64,000 bases of DNA from Azolla caroliniana (lineage: Eukaryota > Plantae > Polypodiophyta): the NCBI GenBank assembly GCA_043228905.1, contig JBHGNT010000041.1, positions 1-64,000 of the forward strand, given 5' to 3'. Below are positions 10,701-23,996 of the stretch, piece after piece; within the stretch, counting starts at the first letter, position 1; every line of letters begins with the position of its first letter. Made by a program: the position numbers and the translations under genes. The notes under the pieces were generated by a model. It was not told where the DNA came from and did no database searches. It saw only the letters and a list, made by a program, of their open reading frames with translations.

Positions 10701-13400
10701 CCCATATCTGGTGCGAAACGCGGTCTTCCATTTGTCTCCTGGTCGGATCCGTACGAGGTTATATGCTCCCCGTAAGTCGATCTTCGTGAAGAACCTGGCA
10801 CCATTGATCCGTTCTAAAAGACTTGAGATAAGGGGAAGAGCATACCTATTCCTGATTGTAACCTTATTCAGGCCACAGTAATCTACAACAAGACGAAGCG
10901 ATCCATCCTTTTTCTTGACGAAGAAAATGGGCGCGCCGGCAGGAGATTTCGAATGCCGGATGAAACCATTTTCCAAATTCTCCTCTATATAGGCCTGAAG
11001 GACTTCCAGCTCGGTTGGTGACAAATTGTAGATCGGTCCCCATGGCGGCTCTTTTCCCGGTTGTAAATCGATGGGGCAATCGTACGGTCGATGATGAGGA
11101 AGTGTGTTGGCTTGTACTTTATCGAACACATCGGCGTAATGACGATACTTCTCGGGAAGTTGAACGGTGGATCCTTCTTTAGTGGTGCTGGAGGGGTTTA
11201 CTGATATTTCAAAGAGGAACATTTCCTCCTTGTGCCCTTCTTTACGCAACTGACGTAGCGAAATGGTTGCCATCTTTTGAGTTGACCCTTGGGTTTGTCG
11301 ACACCGGATTTCTCTTGTTCTCCAATCTATGTCTGGGTTATGTAACTCGAACCACGGTAATCCTAAAACTATTGGATGTTCTGGGATACTAATAATATTA
11401 AATGATACTACACATGCTAAGTTACCTAGGACAATATTAATGGGCTCTGACTCTTCTATGATATTTCCGGAAGCAATGGGACGTCCATCAATGACTACTA
11501 CAGAGGCTGGACACTGGAGTTTTCTTAGGGATATCTTATGAGCTTGAGCAAATTTCTTATCCATAAAGCAAGAGTTAGCTCCGGAATCTAGGAGTGCTAG
11601 GACATGTACTGGAGGGGTACTTTTAGTACTAACTATTACTTGGGCTACGAACACATCACTAACTTGCTTAGAGGGAATGGAACCACTAATGGGCTGCACA
11701 GATCTAGGGCTGTCCAACCAAACGGCTCCTATTTTGGCTAGACTTAGTCGTTTAACTCTTCTTCTAACTGACTAAGGACATCAAATCTGTTTGCTAGATC
11801 TGGGCTATTAGTACTATTAGGACTATCAGATATCCCTACTGAAATAGGCTCGGGTTTAGTACAATTAGAACTAGCGACTATTTGGTTTACCTGTCTTCTT
11901 GGCCTTTGGGGGCAATTTATTGCAATATGTCCTGGTCCACCGCAGTAAAGACATAATCGATTTGTACGGCGTCGCTACTTTTCTTCTTCGGATAATGGCC
12001 CTCGACGACGTGTAGTGTCAATCTCCATCGGAGTCGGAGTATTCACTGGAGGCGCATTATATGACTCCCTCGGAAAAGGTCTTGCTACCACTGAGGCGTA
12101 GGTGGGCTCTGATCTTGCCCTCAGCATCTGTAGTTGTCGTTCCGAACGTCGCTCAAAGAGGTGGTTGTCACATCTCACCACGCGACTGATTGCTTCTGTT
12201 AAGGACTTTGGCTCTTCGGGGAAGGTCAAGAGTAAATCCTTGACGTCGTTGCGTAAACCATAACGGATTTGCTCCATCAACGCTTGATCATCCCAAGGGA
12301 TATCAGCGGCGAGTAGGCGAAAATCTGCAGCATATGCGGAGGCTGGACGGTCACCTTGGTGTAATCGCCGAATTTTGTTGATTGCGGTCCTGATGCTGTC
12401 AATATCTCCGAAACATGCTTTAAACTCACCTAGAAACTCTTCAAAATTGTTGAGTAACGGGGATTCCTTTTGTAATAGTGGAGCGAACCATGCCAACGCT
12501 GAGCCACTTAACAAAGTGCCTACTAAACCCACTCGTGATGCATCGGTGGGATACTAGGAAGGATGCATTTGAATAACTAATCGTACCTGGTTAAGGAACC
12601 CTCTAAACTGTGCTCGCGTTCCATCGAACTTCGTGGGAAGGCTAATCTTGGGTTCTTTATGAATCCCTTGTGTTCCGGGCCCTTGTTATTGCATCGCTAC
12701 GATGGTTGCTTCGAGTTGTTGCACGCGTAACGCAAGTTCCCCATGTTGTTGTTGCGTTTGCTGCTTTTCTAAGGAGATTTGCTGAAGATCCCCCAGCAAC
12801 CGTTGGTTTTCTTGTTCCAAAGCATGGAACTTCTCTTTCAAGCATTGAAATTCCGAGAAAACATATTGATATTCTTTAGCGCTAACAGTGGCCATGGGAT
12901 GAAAGAAAAGAGGAATAAGAGATTAGTAGGAAATGAGAGAGACAGAAGGTAGGAAAATCGGTTCAAACTGTCAGGAACAGTACTAAGACAGAGAAGGAAT
13001 TAGTACTAAAAGAAGTATTAGTACTAAGAGAGGTGAAGAACTCTCGAGAGAAGGAAAGAGTGAGTGAGAGGGAGGGAGAGAGAGATCGAGAGAGAGAGAG
13101 AGAGTGATGATAAGAAAAGATATATATTATGTGAAGAAAATGTACAGTAGCTAGGAGGCTTAAGACTGGCGTTGAACCGATTTGGTTCGAAATAATGCCT
13201 TGTGCCTCCTTTTATAGTGTTCTAAGGAATACTCCTGAAGTTTCTATAACGTTCCAGAGAAATCTGGAATATACATCAATTTTCTATAATAAAATATAAA
13301 TGAAAATAATATTCTATGTATTACAATGTATAGTCTAATGGTCAAGAGCTCGACCCATGTAGTATAAGGTCATGGGTTCGAGTCTTGCCATATCATGACA
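7736..13400 (-). mobile_element. Full-length Ty3/gypsy chromovirus (Tcn1/Tf1-like), copy 1
   Basis: 432-bp LTRs at 7736-8167 and 12969-13400 (TG..CA, 7 differences by eye). TSD TCGGC at 7731-7735 and 13401-13405. PPT next to 8168. Domain order is gag-PR-RT-RH-INT-chromodomain. Confidence 0.95.
8160..12895 (-). pseudogene. Chromovirus gag-pol with in-frame premature stops
   Basis: Gag runs 12895-11744 (CLYCGGPGHIAINC knuckle), followed by protease LLDSGA, RT YLDD, RNase H ADASD, integrase and chromodomain EYEVAAILDS..YLVDWLGY..TWEP. Stops at about 12686, 12555, 11975, 10104 and 9384 are all compatible with C>T changes. Confidence 0.9.
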
Positions 13401-16400
13401 TCGGCTAGCCCGTTAAGCTCTGGCATCTTTGGCACGGTATACTCGAGCCGGATTCCTTGATTTTGGTAGTATTCTTCGAACTGCCCGCGGTACTCTCTGC
13501 CATTGTCCGCTCGGACTACCTTCGGTTTTCGGCTGGTTTTCCCTCTAGGCCCTCGCTTGGAACTCTTTGAAGACGGATAACACTTGATCCTTCGTCTTCA
13601 GTAGGGAAGCCCACAACTTCCGGCTACAGTCATCAATGAAGGTCACGAAATACTGTGAACCACCATGCGACTTCGTATCCACATAGCATACCTCCATATG
13701 CATGTGTTCCAGCGGCATTTTTTTCCTCATCGAGGGCCTCGATTGGAAGGATGTCCGATTTTTCTTGTCGGCCAAGCAATCTGTGCACTTCTCAAGCTGC
13801 ACTTTCTTCATCTCTAGAATGAGGTTGTCCTCAGCAAGCTTTCGCATCCCCTTTTGGCTCATATGGCACAACCTCCTGTCCCACAGTTCACCGACCCTGT
13901 CGGCTGCCACATTTGCTTCCCCTTGGCAAATTCGAGCATGCATGAAGTATAGTGTGTTGGTTTTTCGAGCTTGGGCCACGATTAGGCTCCCTCGACAGAA
14001 CTTCATGACTCCGTTCCGGATGCTACTTGTGTAGCCTTCATCACCCAGTTGACCAATTGATATTAGGTTCAATCGAACCTCCGGAACATCTTGAACATCT
14101 TTCAACACGAGTTTGCACCCAATTGAGGTTACCAAACACACATCTCTTATGCCGACGATTCGGCATGCTCCTTCATTCCCCATCTTTACAGATTCGAGAT
14201 CTCCGGCTTTGTAGGATGAGAAGCACTTTCGGTTGGGGGTTAGGTGAAACGACGCACCCGAATCGACCACCCATGTCGATTCTTCGCCAACGAGATTCAC
14301 TTTGTTTTGCTCACTGATGAGCAACAACTCCTCACTCGCGACGATTGTCGAGGTGTTCTTCCTGTTCGGGATTTTCTTCGGCTCTAAACCATCAGCTCCC
14401 CCTTTCTTCTTTCGAAAGTGTCGAAAGTTTTCTAGAAGTGCCCCGGCTTCCCACATTAGAAGCATGTGGGGCCTCCCCCTTGACTTTGACCTTGTCGTCG
14501 ATTTATCTCGGTCCTAGAGACTTCGATTTCGGCTTCTTCCCCAAATCGTGTCACCTTCGGTGACTAAGGCCTTCTGGTCGGTATTGGACTCTCGGTCCTT
14601 CTAGTGAGCTTCTTCATTTAGGAAGATCGACTTCACCTGCTCTAGGGACAGATGCTTCCCTTATGGTCACGCGTTGCCTAATGTGACAACCAACGTTTCC
14701 CAGTTGTCCGGAAGGGATTCCAACAACAATAGTGCTAGTACCTCTTCTGCAAGAGGTACTTCGAAAGAGGTGGTTTGATTCATCAGTCCTTGGAAGGCAT
14801 TAATATGCTCCGCCATGTTGGAGTTGTCTTGATACTGGAGTCTCACGATTTTCCTGAAAACTGAGACTCTGTTCACGACGTTATTGTTTTCGAACATCAC
14901 GCCAATCTTCTTCTAGAGGACGTCGGCACTCGTCTCTTCGTTTAAGTTGTTGTATCTAAACTAATGTCTATAAAACACCTTATATATGTTGCCACCTTCA
15001 GATGCATGACTTCCCAAGTTGATCCATCAATCTTTGCACCAGTAGCGAGAGGCATTTGCACATGAGCATGTCTCTCATCTTCGACTTCCACATTGAGTAG
15101 TTGGAGCCAGTTAACTTGAACACGCCGCCGAATGAGTCTTCCATGGCTCTGATACTAGTTTGTTGAGAATCGACCGGCCACAACCGGTTTCACGTTCGTA
15201 TGTTGGTGCAAAGAAACGAGCGAAATATATACGCCGACAAAAACGAGGAAAAACAGAAAGAACAAAGACACAAATATTTAACGTGGAAACCCGAAATGGG
15301 AAAAAACCACGGGGGTCCACAAACCCCAAGAAACTAAATCACTAAGTAGGGAGAGGAATACAGGGAGTCTCGCAAGCACCAACCTCGAGCTCGTCTTCAT
15401 CTAACAGACGATGGATGTCAGGAATAGTATTGAGACAGAGAAGAAACTAGTACTAAGAGAGGAATATTAGTACTAAGAGGAATAGAGGGTGTAGAACACT
15501 CGGGTGAGAGAAGAAATTAGTACTAAGAGAGGAATATTAGTGCTAAGAGGCTGTAGAGAAAGAGAGAGATCGAGGGAGAGAAAATGATGGTGACAATGAT
15601 ATATTATGTGAAAAGAATATACAAGGAAGGCTATGAGGCTTAAGACTGGCGTTGAACCGATTTGGTTCGAAATAATGCCTTGTGCCTCCTTTTATAGTGT
15701 TCTAAGGAATACTCCTGAAGTTTCTAGAATGTTCCAGAGAAATCTAGAATATACATGAATTTTTTATAGTAAAAATAATATCTTACGTATTACAATAGAT
15801 AGTTTAATGGTCAAGAGCTCAACCCACATAACATAAGGTCATGGGTTCGTGTCTTGCCATATCATGACGCTATCCCTTTCCTTTAAAACGACGAGTGTCA
15901 CGAATCGTTTTGGATTGAGATCATTAATCTTTCCAATACTACGGAAAGGACCTAATCGCCGATAATCCAACTTCTCGCATGGGCGTTAAAACGTTAAAAC
16001 TGGATGGAAGCCGATGACGATCCACGTAAACCTTGTGTGTTTGTTGAGCTTGATGTAGATGAGTAGATAAATCTGGTTGTATCTTGCGTAACCGCTCCAA
16101 ACGATCCTCTGCGCAAGAAAAGGTGCTTCCCGAATTTCGAGACAAACTGGGGTCCACGGTCGCTGATGATATTATTGGGAAGGCCATGATGCCAACATAC
16201 TTCACGCATGACAGTTTCGGCGGTTTCTTCACTGGAGATTTCCTTAGTACATGGTAGGAAATGAGCCATCTTCGTATATCGATCTACTAATGTTAAAATG
16301 GCATTGAATCCCTGAGAGACTGGAAGATCTGTGATGAAATCTAGAGCAATGGATTGTCATGGCTTGCTTGGACTTGCTAATGGTTCTAATAAACCATATG

Positions 16401-18200
16401 GATGATGCCTTCACATTTTTGCTCTGCAACATGTATCACAAGTCTGAACAAAATCTTCGACAAATTGTCGCATACAGGGCCACCAGAATGATCGTTGTAC
16501 TAAATCTAATGTCTTAGTACTACCAAAATGCCCAACTGTATATGTGTCATGACAGTTTTGAACTACTCGAAGGTGGCAAGAACTATTAGGAACATACAAG
16601 AATTTCTTAAAGAATAGTAATCCATCATGACATTCGAATTGTCGATAGTCCATACCTGGTTGTTGCAACTATGAACAAGATGCTCGAGAAGGATCAATTT
16701 GTGCTAGAATGGCTTGGGCGAAAGCATCTGTCTTCAAGTCCTCACGTATGGTATCGATAACGTGGGAATCCAAGGGCATGCCGAAGGCCTGTGTTGCTTG
16801 CAGTCGTGCCGGTTCCAAGATTACTTGCTTTTGGTTATCGAAAGCTGGCTCGTCGGGACGCGGTGCTAGATATGAACACCGTGATAATGCATCTGCCTTC
16901 CCTTGGTGCTTCCCTGGATGATATGTAATTTTGAAGTCGAAACGTGTGAAGAATTGGGCCCACTGAGCGTGACGTCGATTTAACACACGAACACTCTGAA
17001 AGTAAGCAAAGTTTTTGTGATAATTGAATACGGTGACTTGATGAGAGGATCCCTTTAGAAAATGCCTCCATTGCGTAAAAGAGTTCATTATTGCTAATAG
17101 CTCCTTATCATGACTTTTATAGTTGATTTCGGCGTGTCAAACTTGCGTGAGTGGAAAGCCACAAGATGTAGCTTTTCATCATTACCTTCTTGTTACAGAA
17201 TGCTACCTAATGCGAAATCCGACACGTCCACTTCCATGATGAATGGTTTTTCCGGATCAACGTGAGCTAGAATAGGACCCGATGTAAATGCCTTCTTAAG
17301 ATTCTCAAAATCCATGTTCGCTTCTTCAGATCAAATGAACGATTGTCCCTTCTTAGTAAGTTGTGTGAGAGGTAGAACAAGCTTTGAGTAATCTTGTATA
17401 AACTTACGGTAGAAATTGGCAAAGCCTAAAAAGCATTGCACATCTCACAACGAACGCGGAGTTTGCCACTCTACCACTATTTTGACCTTAGCTGGATCCA
17501 TGGAGATGCCTTCCGAGGAGATGACACAGCCCAAAAATTCCACCTGGTTGCACCCGAAACTACATTTTTCTAGCTTTGTATAAAGACCATGTACTCTAAG
17601 TTGTTTTAGTACTAATAGTACATGAGAATTATGCTCTTCTCGGGTCTTCAAATAAACCAGTAGATCATCCAAATAGATGATCAAACTAACATCCAAGAGA
17701 TCTCGGAATGTATCATTTGCCATGTGTTGGAAGACTATTGGCGCATTAGTGAGGCCGAACGGCATGACCGTATACTCGAAGTGCCCGTATCTGGTACGAA
17801 ACGTGGTCTTCCATTCATCTCCTGGTTGGATCCATACGAGGTTATATGCTCCCCGTAAGTTGATCTTCGTGAAGAATCTTGCACCATTGATCCGTTCTAA
17901 AAGACTTGAGATAAGGGGAAGTGCATACTGTTGAGATTTGACGCTATCAAATCTTTCGCCTCCCGGCCACAACCGGGCCAACACGGATCAATGCAGCAGA
18001 AAATAGGAAATACAGAGAAAGACACGAGAGACGAATACACAGGGTATAACGTGGAAAACCCTAAACGGGAAAAACCACGGGAGTGCACAACTCCAACTAT
18101 CACTATGAACAGGGATGTACAATGGTGAAGCTTCAAGGCAACGACCTTGAGCTCACTGTCTTCGCCACAGGCGGCGGCAATACACAGAGGCGTCGACCTC

Positions 18201-18240
<40 letters not shown>

Positions 18241-18422
18241 CTGCTCACACTTCGCTCTCTCGGCTGAAAACAGAAAATGAGCAACAACCAAAACTGTTTG
18301 CCCTAAGTCATATTTATACATATATGACTTTCGGGCTATTTACAAATATAGCCTCAAGGGCCCTTGGCAAACATATTCACAGATATGTCCCCGTATCCGG
18401 ATCTCTCTCCGGGTACATACGT

Positions 18423-18562
18423 CATCCGGCTCCGTAACCGGGGTCTTCAGCATCCGGCTCCGTAACCGGGGTCTTCATCATCCGGCTCCGTAACCGGGGT
18501 CTTCATCATCCGGATCCGTAGCCGGGTACTCTTCATCCGGCTTCATGCCGGGTACTCTTCAT
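18423..18562. repeat. About 28-bp CCGG-rich tandem repeat in the copia B LTR (also at about 23253-23392)
   Basis: catccggctccgtaaccggggtcttca occurs three times, plus degenerate copies. Confidence 0.85.
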
Positions 18563-18651
18563 CATACGGTTCGGTAACAGCCTCCGGGCTTGCCGTCATT
18601 CATCTCCGGACATCCCATCCGGAGGGACCGAAATCCCAACAAACTCCCCCT

Positions 18652-21600
18652 TCACTTCGGCATGGGATGTCTCTCCAATCCGATCCTCTTCCGGCATGCT
18701 TCCAGCTTGTCGGGTGTGAGCACTTTGGTCAGCATATCTGAGCCGTTCTCGTCCGTGTGGATCTTCGCCAGCACGAACTCCTTGTCTTCTATCCTTTCCC
18801 GGATCCAGTGGTATCTACGCTGGATGTGCTTCGTCCGGGAGTGATAGGCCGCGTTCTTCGCAAGGTGGATTGCACTCTGACTGTCGCAGTAGAGTCGGTA
18901 CTCCTCCTGTTGGATACCGAGCTCTCTAATGAAGTCCTTCATCCATATTATTTCCTTGCCGGCTTCAACAGCCGCCATGTACTCCGCCTCCGTGGTTGAC
19001 AACGCAACCGTCTTCTGCAGCCTCGACTGCCATGAAACAGCTCCCCCTGCATACGTCATCACATACCCTGATGTGGACCGGCTGGTATCTGCATCAGCCG
19101 ACATATCCGAATCGGTGAAGCCGTCGAGTTCGGGCTTGCCGGAGCCGAATCGGAGGCACATGTTTGCCGTGCCCTTCAGGTATCGGAGTATCCATTTGGC
19201 CGCGTTTCAATGCTCTTTGCCGGGATTGCTCATGTACCGGCTCACCACTCCGACTGCATATCCTATGTCCGGTCTCGTACACACCATGGCATACATCAAG
19301 CTCCCGACGGCTGAGGCATACGGCACTTTCATCATATCCTCCTTTTCAGCCTTTGTCTTGGGACTTTGCTTGCTGGACAGCTTGCAGTTTGCCGGTAGGG
19401 TTGATCCGACCGGTCTTGCTTCCGACATGTTGAACCGTTGAAGCACCTTTGTCACGTACTTCTCTTGTGACAGCCACAACTGCTTCTTGCTCCGGTCCCG
19501 GATGATGTGCATCCCTAGTATTTGTCTCGCCGGACCCAAGTCCTTCATTGAGAAGGTTCGGTGAAGAGCCTTCTTCAGCATCCGTATCTTGACCTGGTCT
19601 CGTCCGACGATCAACATGTCGTCCACGTACAGGAGGAGTATTAGAAAGTCTCCTCCTTCGAACTTCTTCACAAACACGCAGTGGTCAGACTGCGTTTTGA
19701 GGTACCCTTCGTCGGTCATGAAGGAGTCGAACTTCCGGTACCATTGCCGGGGAGCCTGCTTCAGTCCGTAAAGGCTCTTCTTCAACCGGCATACCAGGTG
19801 CTCCTTCCCTTTCTTCTCGAATCCTTCCGGTTGCTGCATGTAGATCTCTTCTTCGAGGTCACCGTGAAGGAATGCCGTCTTCACGTCCATCTGTTCTACC
19901 TCAAGGTCCATGCTTGCCGCTATGCTCAGCACCGTCCGGATGGAGGTCATCTTCACTACCGGGGCAAATATCTCGTCGAAGTCGACGCCCTTCTTCTGCT
20001 GAAACCCCTTCACCACGATCCGGGCTTTGTATCTCGGGGGGTTTCCGGCATCTCCCGGTTTCAGCTTGAACACCCACTTGTTTCGAAGTGCCCGCTTTCC
20101 TTTCGGCAACTCCACAAGTTCATATGTGTGGTTCTCATGCAGGGAATCCATCTCGTCCTGCATGGCACTCAACCACCTGCGGCTCTGGGTGTCATGCTTT
20201 GCTTCTTCAAAGCTCTCCGGCTCCCCTTCGTCGGTTAGCAGCACGTGCTCTGGTTCCGGAAATCTCCGGGGGGCCCTTCTCTCTCTTAGAGGATATCTCC
20301 GTTCCAGAGCTTCGGTAACCGGTTCTTCCGATTCTTCTTCATCCGAATCCATTTCGGGATCGGGGCCGGTTCCGGTATCATTTTTATCTTCTTCGGCCGG
20401 TTCTGTTTCTTCACCGTCTTCGGCCGGATCCTCGAGTGCTAACCGGTCCCTTGCCGGTCGGGACTGCTCCTCGTAGAGTTGATCCTCACCGGTCGACTTT
20501 GAGCTCTTCATCTTCTTCTCCGACTCCCAGTCGGCGAGTGTCTCGTCCTCCATGAAGATGATGTCTCGACTCCTGAATATCTTCTTGTCGACCGGGTCCC
20601 ATACTCGGTAGCCGAACTCGTCGTCGCCGTAACCGAGGAATATGCATGGCCGGGTCTTTGGATCTAACTTTCCTCTCCGGTCCTTTGCCACATGCACGTA
20701 TGCGAGACACCCGAACACCTTCAGATGCCGGTAGGACACTTCCTTACCGGTCCACACTCTCTGCGGCGTGTCTCCGTCCAAAGGTACTGAGGGTGATCTG
20801 TTTATCACATATGTCGCCGTCGACATTGCCTCAGCCCAAAATCCCTTGGGTAATTTCGCATGCGCCAGCATACTCCGGACCCTCTCCATTATGGTCCGGT
20901 TCATCCTCTCGGCCAGCCCGTTCAGTTCCGGCGTCTTCGGCACGGTAAACTCGAGCCGGATTCCCTTCGAGCGGCAGTACTCCTGGAACTGCCCCCGGTA
21001 TTCCCCTCCGTTATCCGCTCGTATCGCTTTCAGCTTCTTGCCGGATTCCCTTTCCACTCTCGCGTGGAGATCTTTGAAGACGGACAATACTTGGTCCTTT
21101 GTCTTCAACGGGGCCGTCCACAGCTTCCGGCTGTGATCATCAATGAATGTTACGAAGTACTGGGCTCCGCCATGTGACTTTGTTTCTACCTGACACACAT
21201 CGGTGTGCACCAACTCCAATGGTGCGCTACGTCTCGTCGGTGGCCTTGAGTGGAAGGAGGTCCGGTTTTGCTTACCGGCCAGACAGTCGGTGCACTTCTC
21301 CAGGTGCACATGCTTCACTGGAATAAGGTTGTCTTCTGCAAGCCTCTTCATCCCCTTCTCACTCATGTGGCACAGTCTTTTGTGCCACAGCTCACCGGCA
21401 GTGTCGGCTGCCACATTCAGCTCTTCCGGACATAACCGGGCATTCATCAGGTACAGTGTGTTGACCTTCCGGGCCCGAGCCACTATCAGGCTCCCCTTGC
21501 TGAACTTCATGACACCGTTCCGGATGCTACCCGTGTAGCCTTCATCATCTAGCCTCCCGGCCGAGATCAGGTTCAATCGGACCTCCGGAACGTGTCGCAC

Positions 21601-22725
21601 ATCCTTCAGCAGCATCTTGCATCCGGTTGATGTCATCAGCCACACGTCTCCTATGCCGGCAATCCGGCATGTGCCTTCATTTCCCATCCGGACACAGCCG
21701 TGCTCACCGGCTGTGTAGGATGAGAAGTATTTCTTCTCCGGGGTCAGGTGGAACGACGCTCCGGAATCGACCACCCAGGTCATCTCTACACCGGCAAGGT
21801 TCAGCTCCCTCTCTTCGGTAATAAGCATTATCTCTTCTTCACTTGCCGCGAGTGCCGTCGTTCCTTTCCGATCCTGCCCTCGCCGATCCGGACCTCTCCG
21901 GTCCGTGGCTCCCCGGTATGCACCGTTTCTCTCCGGTGACTTCTTCGAATCGGTGTCGTCGGCTCCGTTGTCCTTTCGGTAATGCCGACAATTCTTCCGG
22001 AAGTGCCCCGGCTTCCCACAGTGGAAGCATGTGGGCCTTCCTCTTGACTGCGACCGGGTCCCCGACTTCTCCCGTCTTTGCGGACTCCGGTTCCATTGTC
22101 TTCCCCGATCCGATTCGGTAAGCAGCGCCTTCGAGTCGGAGGCCGGTTCTTTATCTCTCCGACGCGCTTCTTCGTTCAAAATACTCGTCTTTACCGTTTG
22201 TAAGGACAAGTTGTCTTCCGTGCAGGAGGTGCTGAGAGTCACCACCAAGTTCTCCCAGCTGTCCGGCAATGTACACATCAGGATGATGGCTTGCATTGCA
22301 TCCTCCAACGGGAACTTGATCGCCGCAAGCTGGTTCACGAATCCCATGAACGTGCTTACGTGTTCCACCATACTCTCGCCGTCCCGGTACTTGAGGTTCA
22401 CAATCTTTCTCATCAGGGAGGTCCGGTTCAACGCATTCTTCCTCTCGTAGAGGCCCGACAGCTTCCTCCACATCTCATATGCGTTGGTGTCGTTCGCCAC
22501 GTGTTGTAGAACGCTCACGTCGACGTATTGCCGAATGGTTGCAACGGCTTTCCGGTTCAGAAGCCTCCACTCCGTCTCAAGTACCCCCTTGGGTATTTCC
22601 GACCTGTCGATCGGTTCATACAGGTCCCGAACAATGAGCAGATCCTCCATCTTTATCTTCCAGTCGGCGTAGTTCTGCGCGTTCAGCACCATCATGCCCG
22701 GAGGCCCACTACCGCCGCCTTCCAT
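18652..22725 (-). CDS. Copia B gag-pol polyprotein with a single premature stop at 19207-19209
   Basis: MEGGGSGPPG..., CFHCGKPGHFRKNC, DSGAS, integrase, RT YVDDML and RNase H. TGA replaces the W of PGKEHW, which is intact in copia E. Confidence 0.92.
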
Positions 22726-23028
22726 TTTCTGTGTTACCGTCGCTCTGATACCAGATTGTTGAGATTTGACGCTATCAAATCTTTCGCCTCCCGGCCACAA
22801 CCGGGCCAACACGGATCAATGCAGCAGAAAATAGGAAATACAGAGAAAGACACGAGAGACGAATACACAGGGTATAACGTGGAAAACCCTAAACGGGAAA
22901 AACCACGGGAGTGCACAACTCCAACTATCACTATGAACAGGGATGTACAATGGTGAAGCTTCAAGGCAACGACCTTGAGCTCACTGTCTTCGCCACAGGC
23001 GGCGGCAATACACAGAGGCGTCGACCTC

Positions 23029-23070
<42 letters not shown>

Positions 23071-23996
23071 CTGCTCACACTTCGCTCTCTCGGCTGAAAA
23101 CATAAAATGAGCAACAACCAAAACTGTTTGCCCTAAGTCATATTTATACATATATGACTTTCGGGCTATTTACAAATATAGCCTCAAGGGCCCTTGGCAA
23201 ACATATTCACAGATATGTCCCCGTATCCGGATCTCTCTCCGGGTACATACGTCATCCGGCTCCGTAACCGGGGTCTTCAGCATCCGGCTCCGTAACCGGG
23301 GTCTTCATCATCCGGCTCCGTAACCGGGGTCTTCATCATCCGGATCCGTAGCCGGGTACTCTTCATCCGGCTTCATGCCGGGTACTCTTCATCATACGGT
23401 TCGGTAACAGCCTCCGGGCTTGCCGTCATTCATCTCCGGACATCCCATCCGGAGGGACCGAAATCCCAACACATACCTATCTCTGATGGTGACCTTATTC
23501 AAGCCACGGTAATCTACAACGAGACGAAGTGATCCATCCTTTTTCGAATGCCAAATGAAACCATTTTCCAAATTCTCCTCTATATAGGCTCGAAGGACTT
23601 CTAGCTCGGTTGGTGACAAATTGTAGATCGGTCCCCATGGTGGCTCTTTTCCCGGTTGTAAATTGGTGGGGCAATCATATGGTTAATGGTGAGGAAGTGT
23701 ATTGGCTTGTACTTTATCGAACACATCGGCATAATGATGATACTTCTTTGGAAGTTGAACGGTGAACTCCTCTTTAGTGGTGTCAAAGGGTTTTACTGAT
23801 ATTGAGAAGAGAAACATTTCTTCCTTGTGTCCTTCCCGCAACTGATGTCGCGAAATGGTTGCAATCCTCGGGCTTGTTGATACTGGATTTCTCTTGTTCT
23901 CCAATCTATGTCTGGGTTATGTAATTTGAACCACGGTAATCCTAAAACAATGGGATGTTCTGGGATACTAATTATATTAAATGATACTACACACGT

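Larger units (their letters stand above)
7140..15415 (-). mobile_element. Degenerate Ty1/copia element A, interrupted by a gypsy at 7736-13400; RT and 3' end missing
   Basis: Contains gag (MEDSFGGVFKLTGSNY), zinc knuckle, protease (WVVDSGAS) and integrase fragments with stops and frameshifts. PBS tagtatcagagc lies at 15146-15157. The 5' LTR begins tgttgag at 15161 and is cut at 15415. Confidence 0.85.
17929..23471 (-). mobile_element. Full-length, very young Ty1/copia element B
   Basis: LTRs at 17929-18641 and 22757-23471 differ only by one SNP and one TC unit (by eye). TSD CATAC. PBS tggtatcagagc (tRNA-iMet) at 22742-22753. PPT agggggagtt. Confidence 0.96.

Noticed and set aside
22726-22812. 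N-terminal extension of the 1201-aa copia ORF from a TTG in the LTR
   Set aside because: The frame merely stays open through U5 and the PBS. The ATG at 22725 matches the start context of copia E.
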